A stretch of DNA of 35,085 nucleotides from a virus, in the IMG/VR virus record IMGVR_UViG_3300029245_000035, positions 1 through 35,085 of that record. One strand, given 5' to 3'. Below the pieces are notes generated by a model. That model saw nothing but the letters and a program-made list of their open reading frames with translations, did no database searches and was not told the DNA's origin. Shown here piece by piece: positions 30,519 through 35,085 of the stretch. Position numbers and translations under genes: made by a program. Every line of letters starts with the position of its first letter. Within the stretch, counting starts at the first letter, position 1.

Positions 30519-32170
30519 GCCGTCTCACCTACCTCCGGCGTCGAGCGGTTCACGGTGCGCAGGTCTTCGATCGTCTCGCGGTAGAACTCCTTTCCGTTGA
30601 CATTCATGGTGCTCACGACGGTGACCTTCATGTCGCGATTCATCGCCGCCATCGCATTGACCGCCTGCGCGAGCGAGGCGCGGAAGTCCTGCGCGGTCAT
30701 GGTGCGGCCGGTGCCGCCGTAGCGCTCGAGGGCGTTGTAGGCGTCCGCCTCGCCGCTCGTGAGCACGCGCTCGCCGCGGTGCAGCTCGGCGACGTAACCG
30801 TCGTAGGGCACGCGGTAAAGGCCCTCGGCGTGGCTGCCGTCGATCTTGTAGCTGTCGAGCAGCGCCTGGTAGTCGCTCGAGGGCGTGTGCTCGCCCGTGG
30901 TGAAATCCTTCCACTCCTTGCTGTTGGAAATGCGGTCGTTGAGATCTTTGAGCCAGTTGATAGCCGTCTCGATTTTTTCGATCAGCCACGCGACCGCGTC
31001 CGCCGCCGCGTAGACGCCCTCGGCAAAGACGTTCTTCAAGCCCGCTGCGACCGGCGCGAGCGTTTCGCCGAGCTCACCCATCGCCTCGTCGAGCTTCATC
31101 TGGGACTCGTTGTAAGCCACGACGTCCTCGTTGGCGTCGCGCCATGCCTTGGCGGTTTCCGGCAGCCCCTGATTGGCGAGCTGGTTGAGCACGATTTGCG
31201 CGCGCTCGGTGGAATCGTTCGCCGCGGCGAGCTTCGCGTTGAACTCGTCCTCGCTCACGCCCGCCCAGTTGAGCACGTCGGCAAAGGTGCCTGTGACCTT
31301 CCCCGCCTGGATCGTCTCGTTGACCGACTCGGCGAGGCCGTCGATGGGGATGGAGTCGCCGTAGGTCGCCCACGCGCCGATGACCGAGTCGATCATGTCG
31401 CGCAAGTCGTCCTGCGCGAGACCAATGGCCTGCAGGTTTGCGACCGTCGTCGCCGCGGTCTGCGTGTCGCCGAGCACGCCGTAGAGATACTCGTAGGACT
31501 CCGCCGTCTGCTCGGCCGTGTAGCCCGCCGCCTGCGAGCTGGCCTCCAGCGTGCCCATGATCTTGCGGTACTCCTCGGTCTCGTCCACAATGCCGATGAT
31601 GGCGTCGCTCGCCGCCTTGAGTCCGGCGACAACCGCGCCGCCGACGAGCATTTTCTTGAGGCTGCCGAGCTGCCCGATCAGATCGCCGATGCCGCCCTTG
31701 CCGCCGCCTGCGCCGTTGAAGTCGTCGGTGGCTTTTGCCGCGTCCTTGACCTGCTTGCCGTACTCGTCGATGCTCTTCGCGCACTTGTCGGCGCTCGTGC
31801 GGGCCTCGTCGAGGTAGCGCTCGTTGGAGCTCAGCTCGTCGTTGAGGTCAATGAGGTCGGTTTCCGCCTTTTCCAGCTGCCGCTTGAAGCGCATGACGGC
31901 CTCATCGTTTTCGCCATAGGCTTCGCCGCAGTCCTCAATGGCGGTCTGCAGCTTGGCGATCTTGTCGATCTGCTTCTGCTGCGCCTCGCGCAGCAGATCG
32001 TTTTTTGTGGTCAGAGCCTCGATGCTGTTCGCCTGCCCGCGGAACTCCGCGTCGGCGCGCTTCATCTTGTCGCTCAGCAGCCCGATCTCCTGGTTGACCT
32101 CGCCGAGCTCCTTTTTGTATTCCTTCTCGCCCTCCAGCGTCAGCCGCGTGGCGATGGTGCGTGTGGCCAC
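30515..32170 (-). CDS. Tape measure protein
   Basis: 551 aa. N-terminal coiled coil, a Gly-rich/hydrophobic centre (GAGGGKGGIGDLIGQLGSL...GGAVVAGL), and ...TFADVLNWAGVSEDEFN.... GTG start at 32170 after AAAGGAG. Confidence 0.88.
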   Translation of the reverse strand: MATRTIATRLTLEGEKEYKKELGEVNQEIGLLSDKMKRADAEFRGQANSIEALTTKNDLLREAQQKQIDKIAKLQTAIEDCGEAYGENDEAVMRFKRQLEKAETDLIDLNDELSSNERYLDEARTSADKCAKSIDEYGKQVKDAAKATDDFNGAGGGKGGIGDLIGQLGSLKKMLVGGAVVAGLKAASDAIIGIVDETEEYRKIMGTLEASSQAAGYTAEQTAESYEYLYGVLGDTQTAATTVANLQAIGLAQDDLRDMIDSVIGAWATYGDSIPIDGLAESVNETIQAGKVTGTFADVLNWAGVSEDEFNAKLAAANDSTERAQIVLNQLANQGLPETAKAWRDANEDVVAYNESQMKLDEAMGELGETLAPVAAGLKNVFAEGVYAAADAVAWLIEKIETAINWLKDLNDRISNSKEWKDFTTGEHTPSSDYQALLDSYKIDGSHAEGLYRVPYDGYVAELHRGERVLTSGEADAYNALERYGGTGRTMTAQDFRASLAQAVNAMAAMNRDMKVTVVSTMNVNGKEFYRETIEDLRTVNRSTPEVGETA

Positions 32171-32704
32171 TTACTCCCAGCTCCTTTCCCGGGGGACTCT
32201 GCGCGCCTCCAGCGCGAGGAGATCAACGAGCTCTCCCGGCGTCAGGATCATCGTTTCGCGCAGGCTCAGATGCAATCGCTGCGTGCCTACCTGGCGCAGC
32301 AGCAGCGCTAAATTCTCGTTTTTTTTTTGAAGCTCCTGCAAAATGAGGTCGACTTCCTCTTCCTCGTCGTCCTCGTCGCGCTCGCGCCGGAAGGCCTGCT
32401 CATAGACCGCGCTGAGCGCGCGCCTCGCGTCCAGCGCGTCGAACGGGGCCATATTCGCGCGGAAATAGCTCTCCGGCACGATGGGCCGCCGATCAAGCCC
32501 TTCCCAGCGCCGCACGAGCTCGCCCTGCTCGCTCAGCTTCCACAAAAGCCAGCACAGCGCGTCGAAGCTCGCCTTGTCGCTGCCGCGGTAGAGGTCGGGG
32601 ATCTCCTTTTCCGTGCCGAAGCGGTCATAGATGTCCGTGAGCGCCGCGGCGTTCAGGCACAGCGTGAAGGTGTGCCCCTTGAGTTTCCATTCGGTCTTTC
32701 GCAT
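32171..32704 (-). CDS. Tail assembly chaperone (single 177-codon ORF containing an A10 slippery run)
   Basis: Lies between the major tail protein and TMP. Acidic stretch RERDEDDEEEEVDL, then CAA AAA AAA AAC at 32328-32319. Confidence 0.65.
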   Translation of the reverse strand: MRKTEWKLKGHTFTLCLNAAALTDIYDRFGTEKEIPDLYRGSDKASFDALCWLLWKLSEQGELVRRWEGLDRRPIVPESYFRANMAPFDALDARRALSAVYEQAFRRERDEDDEEEEVDLILQELQKKNENLALLLRQVGTQRLHLSLRETMILTPGELVDLLALEARRVPRERSWE

Positions 32705-32755
32705 ATTTGTCTCCTATGCCGGAAACGGGCGGAGAAAGGTCCCCGCCCGTTTGTC

Positions 32756-33334
32756 TCAGCTCGCGCTTTCTGTGAATTTGCCGTCGATCCAGGCCTGCGC
32801 CGCGGCCTCGGTGTCAAGGGCCTTGGACTCGATCTTGCTCTTGCGGCAGGCAGGCACCGTGCCGTGGAAGCTCAGGTCGTCGCCCGTCAGCTGGATCGAT
32901 GTGCCCTTGGTGTTGTAGGTCACGCCCTGCCGCACGGCCTGCACCTTGGGATAGAAAATGCCCTTGTAGAACACCTTGCCCTTGTACTTTCGCTTCGAGA
33001 TCAATCCGAGGCCGCCCTGCGGGGACTCGTCGTCGAAGCTGTAGCTCAGATCGCCGTCCGAGCTCAGATTGGAGCCGAACACCGCGGCTGCAACCGCGTT
33101 TTCCAGCTCCGTCACGGAGGTGGAAACGTCGTAATCCGCGACCTCGTCCACGCGGTCCTCGACCGCGTTGTCGCCGCTGATCTCCGCCGACTGCACGTTC
33201 ACCGTGTCCGCCACGGTAATGAGCGAGCCAAGGTGGACCTTTGTGCCGTATTTCGGCAGCTTCGCCGCGTTCGTGTCGGGGTCGGTCTCCGCGAACGGCG
33301 CGAAATAGAGATAGGATGCGCCATATTTTGCCAT
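32756..33334 (-). CDS. Major tail protein (phi13/TP901-1-like)
   Basis: MAKYGASYLYFAPF... and KGKVFYKGIFYPKV. The ATG follows GTAAGGAGGG. Confidence 0.8.
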   Translation of the reverse strand: MAKYGASYLYFAPFAETDPDTNAAKLPKYGTKVHLGSLITVADTVNVQSAEISGDNAVEDRVDEVADYDVSTSVTELENAVAAAVFGSNLSSDGDLSYSFDDESPQGGLGLISKRKYKGKVFYKGIFYPKVQAVRQGVTYNTKGTSIQLTGDDLSFHGTVPACRKSKIESKALDTEAAAQAWIDGKFTESAS

Positions 33335-33346
33335 TGTGTGCCCTCC

Positions 33347-33817
33347 TTACAGGTCTTTTGATTTGAGCCAGTCGTCATAGACGCTGAACTCCGCCGCGGT
33401 CACGGCGTCGGCGCACTCGGCGTTCGCCTGGGCCATCCACTGCTTGCCGGGGATGTTGCGCCGCGGCGCGCCGAACTCCTGAATGAAACCGACGTCATTG
33501 TTGGTCGAGCGGCGGCGTGCGCCTTTTTTGCGCGGCTTGCGGACGACCGGCTTGCCGCGTGAGCCGCTCGGCAGCACAAGCACTGCCGGCGCGTTATTTT
33601 TGCGGCTGTCGACGTAGAGCTTCTGTTTGACCGTGATGCTGCCGGCGAGTTTGCCGGTGTCGACCAGCCCCAGCGCTCGGATCTTCCGCCGCTGTGCTTC
33701 GGCTGCCACCTCGCCGCCCGCGGTCAGCATCTGCCGCTTGACGTCCTCGGGGATCTTTGCGATCTCCTGCACCGTCAGCGCGAGACCGTCGATGCCATCC
33801 GCCTTAAACTGCGCCAT
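33347..33817 (-). CDS. HK97 gp10-family tail-completion/neck protein
   Basis: ...DVKRQMLTAGGEVAAEAQRRKIRALGLVDTGKLAGSI... and FIQEFGAPRRNIPGKQWM. Confidence 0.78.
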   Translation of the reverse strand: MAQFKADGIDGLALTVQEIAKIPEDVKRQMLTAGGEVAAEAQRRKIRALGLVDTGKLAGSITVKQKLYVDSRKNNAPAVLVLPSGSRGKPVVRKPRKKGARRRSTNNDVGFIQEFGAPRRNIPGKQWMAQANAECADAVTAAEFSVYDDWLKSKDL

Positions 33818-34166
33818 CGTCCTCGTCCCCGGTCAGCGCGTCGAACTCGAACACATAGTGCTGCCCGAGCTCGTCCGTCGCCGGCGAAATAGTCGGGAGG
33901 GAGAACTCGTCCGTTTCCTCGATGGCCGCGGTCAGCGCCCGCCGCTTGGCGACGGTCGACGCCTTGAGCGGCGCAAGGTAGTGCAGCTGCACCCGCGCGA
34001 GCCCGACGTCGGTCCCGTCGTCGCCGGCAAGACCGGCGGTCTGCGTGTAGTCAAACGTGCAGTATTCCTCCGGCGGTGTCTCGCCCGACTCTGTGACCAG
34101 CAGATCCGGCACGCACACCGGCACGATCGGCGTCACGACTGCGATGATTCTTTCATTCAGCGTCAT
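33804..34166 (-). CDS. Neck/tail-completion protein (120 aa)
   Basis: ATG 34166 forms an ATGA overlap with the upstream stop. Position between the head-closure and gp10-like genes. Confidence 0.55.
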   Translation of the reverse strand: MTLNERIIAVVTPIVPVCVPDLLVTESGETPPEEYCTFDYTQTAGLAGDDGTDVGLARVQLHYLAPLKASTVAKRRALTAAIEETDEFSLPTISPATDELGQHYVFEFDALTGDEDDGAV

Positions 34167-34507
34167 ACCTTGCCCTCCTGCGTGATGCGCTCGCACCAGA
34201 ACTCCATGTACTTTCCCTCGTCGCCGTAGGTGTTGACGTAGAGGATGTTGTAGTCGCGCCCGTCGTAGCGGATCAGGAGCCGCCGGTCAAGCAGCTCCGG
34301 GTTCGCGCGCGTGAGAAAGCGCACCTTTGCCTCGCCGAACTCCGCATTTGCCCGGATCAGCTCCGTGCCGCTCGTCTGCGAGAACTGCGCCCAGGTCTCG
34401 CGCACGGGCTCCGGCTCGCCGGGTACGTCGTAGCCGTCGGCGTCCTTTGCCGTCGTTTTCCGCAAAAGCTGGATGCGCTTTGAGAGCTTTCCTGCGTCAA
34501 CGTGCAT
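34163..34507 (-). CDS. Head-closure / head-tail joining protein (SPP1 gp16-like)
   Basis: ...LSKRIQLLRKT...DGYDVP...WAQF....GTE...A......KVRFLTR.....D.RLLIRYDGRDYNILYV. Confidence 0.72.
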   Translation of the reverse strand: MHVDAGKLSKRIQLLRKTTAKDADGYDVPGEPEPVRETWAQFSQTSGTELIRANAEFGEAKVRFLTRANPELLDRRLLIRYDGRDYNILYVNTYGDEGKYMEFWCERITQEGKV

Positions 34508-34827
34508 CACACGCCTCCCTCCGTTCCCTCGCCCGTGCCCGAATCGGGCACAGGCTCGCTGAGCTTGAGCTGGTTGATCATGAGCCGAACGACGCGGTTC
34601 TCGCTGGCGGCCTGGTCGATGGAAATGCCGCGCCGGTCGTACTGCTCAAGCGTCAGAGCCTTGACGCAGAGGAGATACATCGCGAAGCGCGGCGTCCCGT
34701 CTTCCGGCTTGCTGCACACGCCGGAGAGAATATAGCCCTCCGCCGCGTCAATATAGCCAGGCAGCTCCGCGTCGTCCGCGTCGACCTTGCAGTAAACGGC
34801 GATCTCGCTCAGCCTCTCGGGCAGCAT
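34507..34827 (-). CDS. Head-tail connector (gp6-like)
   Basis: First gene after the capsid gene. ...YCKVDADDAELPGYIDAAEGYI... pattern. The C-terminal tail carries a palindrome copy. Confidence 0.72.
   Translation of the reverse strand: MLPERLSEIAVYCKVDADDAELPGYIDAAEGYILSGVCSKPEDGTPRFAMYLLCVKALTLEQYDRRGISIDQAASENRVVRLMINQLKLSEPVPDSGTGEGTEGGV
34535..34551. repeat. 17-bp palindrome GTGCCCGAATCGGGCAC (perfect copy)
   Basis: Read directly. Encodes VPDSGT in the C-terminal tail of the connector protein. Confidence 0.95.
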
Positions 34828-34830
34828 CGC

Positions 34831-35085
34831 TTAGCCCCCGCTCTTAGGCAGCGTTGCAACGACGACGCCCTTGTCGACCACGAGGTTGCCGCCCACCATC
34901 ACGTCGCCGAGGATGGTCAGCAGGCGCTCCTGCGCCTTGTAGCTCTCGTCCACGCGCACGGTGAAATCGGAGAAGAGACCGAGCTCATAGTTGAGCGGGT
35001 TGCCGTAGATCATGGTCTGGATCGCGGCGCTCGCGCTCGCGGTCGAGCCGGAAAGGCTCGTGAGGTCGGGGCAGAGGGTATAGGG
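34831..35085 (-). CDS. Major capsid protein, C-terminal part (continuation of 1-1050)
   Basis: ...TMIYGNPLNYELGLFSDFTVRVDESYKAQERLLTILGDVMVGGNLVVDKGVVVATLPKSGG*. Open to the window end and in frame with 1-1050 through the 87-bp overlap, giving about 405 aa in total. Confidence 0.85.
   Translation of the reverse strand, partial: PYTLCPDLTSLSGSTASASAAIQTMIYGNPLNYELGLFSDFTVRVDESYKAQERLLTILGDVMVGGNLVVDKGVVVATLPKSGG
34999..35085. repeat. Terminal duplication, copy 2 (identical to 1-87)
   Basis: Direct comparison. Confidence 0.97.

Larger units (their letters stand above)
1..35085. mobile_element. Complete temperate siphovirus-type phage genome, circularly closed assembly (unit length 34,998 bp)
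   Basis: 1-87 is identical to 34999-35085. Integrase/repressor, replication, packaging, head, tail and lysis modules are all present. The capsid ORF is in frame across the junction. Confidence 0.85.

Noticed and set aside
1-35085. Search for reverse transcriptase/DGR, retron, Cas genes, CRISPR array, transposase/IS ends, rRNA
   Set aside because: No RT motifs (YxDD) in a plausible ORF. No array of regularly spaced identical repeats. No DDE or serine-recombinase genes apart from the tyrosine integrase. Nothing supports these calls.

Overview
The window is one complete temperate siphovirus-type phage genome, assembled as a circle. Bases 1-87 are identical to 34999-35085, so the unit length is 34,998 bp, and the HK97-type major capsid gene reads in frame across the junction. 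The sequence is visibly GC-rich. Gene content is of Firmicutes/Clostridia type (XhlA, XkdX, Ltp repeats, holin-like toxin peptide, BclA-C-like protein).

Almost all genes lie on the minus strand. Read in the minus direction they are:
- early/XRE regulators (16632 down to 15004)
- replication: replisome organizer and DnaB (14913-12797)
- ParA plus a ParB-like protein
- MazG-like protein and small early genes
- an HUH Rep-like gene and a Cys-rich KTR protein
- packaging: HNH, a 450-bp structured non-coding region, a ParB-adenine methyltransferase fusion, TerS, TerL
- head: portal, protease, capsid (wraps the junction)
- connector/neck proteins, major tail protein, chaperone, tape measure, Dit/Tal, Ig-like protein, tail fibre
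- XkdW/XkdX-like proteins and lysis genes (XhlA-like, glycosidase-like, holin, CHAP endolysin)
- a sigma-region-4-like protein and a terminator
- a 5-gene accessory cassette next to attP

The plus strand carries only the lysogeny genes: CI-like repressor, Ltp-like exclusion protein and integrase. attP follows the integrase and contains a tRNA 3'-end fragment.

The signals I consider most worth follow-up:
1. A 17-bp palindrome, GTGCCCGAWTCGGGCAC, with 5 perfect and 3 near copies spread quasi-regularly around the genome. Coding copies always fall in the same reading frame. It may serve as dispersed centromere or operator sites for the ParA/ParB-like module.
2. The 450-nt hairpin- and repeat-rich non-coding region between the HNH and methyltransferase genes.
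3. A type-I toxin-antitoxin-like locus: a 28-aa holin-like toxin with a convergent sRNA.
4. The attP-proximal cassette, which has exosporium-like (BclA-C-like, Gly/Cys-rich) proteins.
5. A sharp GC drop in the distal part of the tail fibre gene.

I found no CRISPR array, reverse transcriptase, transposase or complete tRNA.
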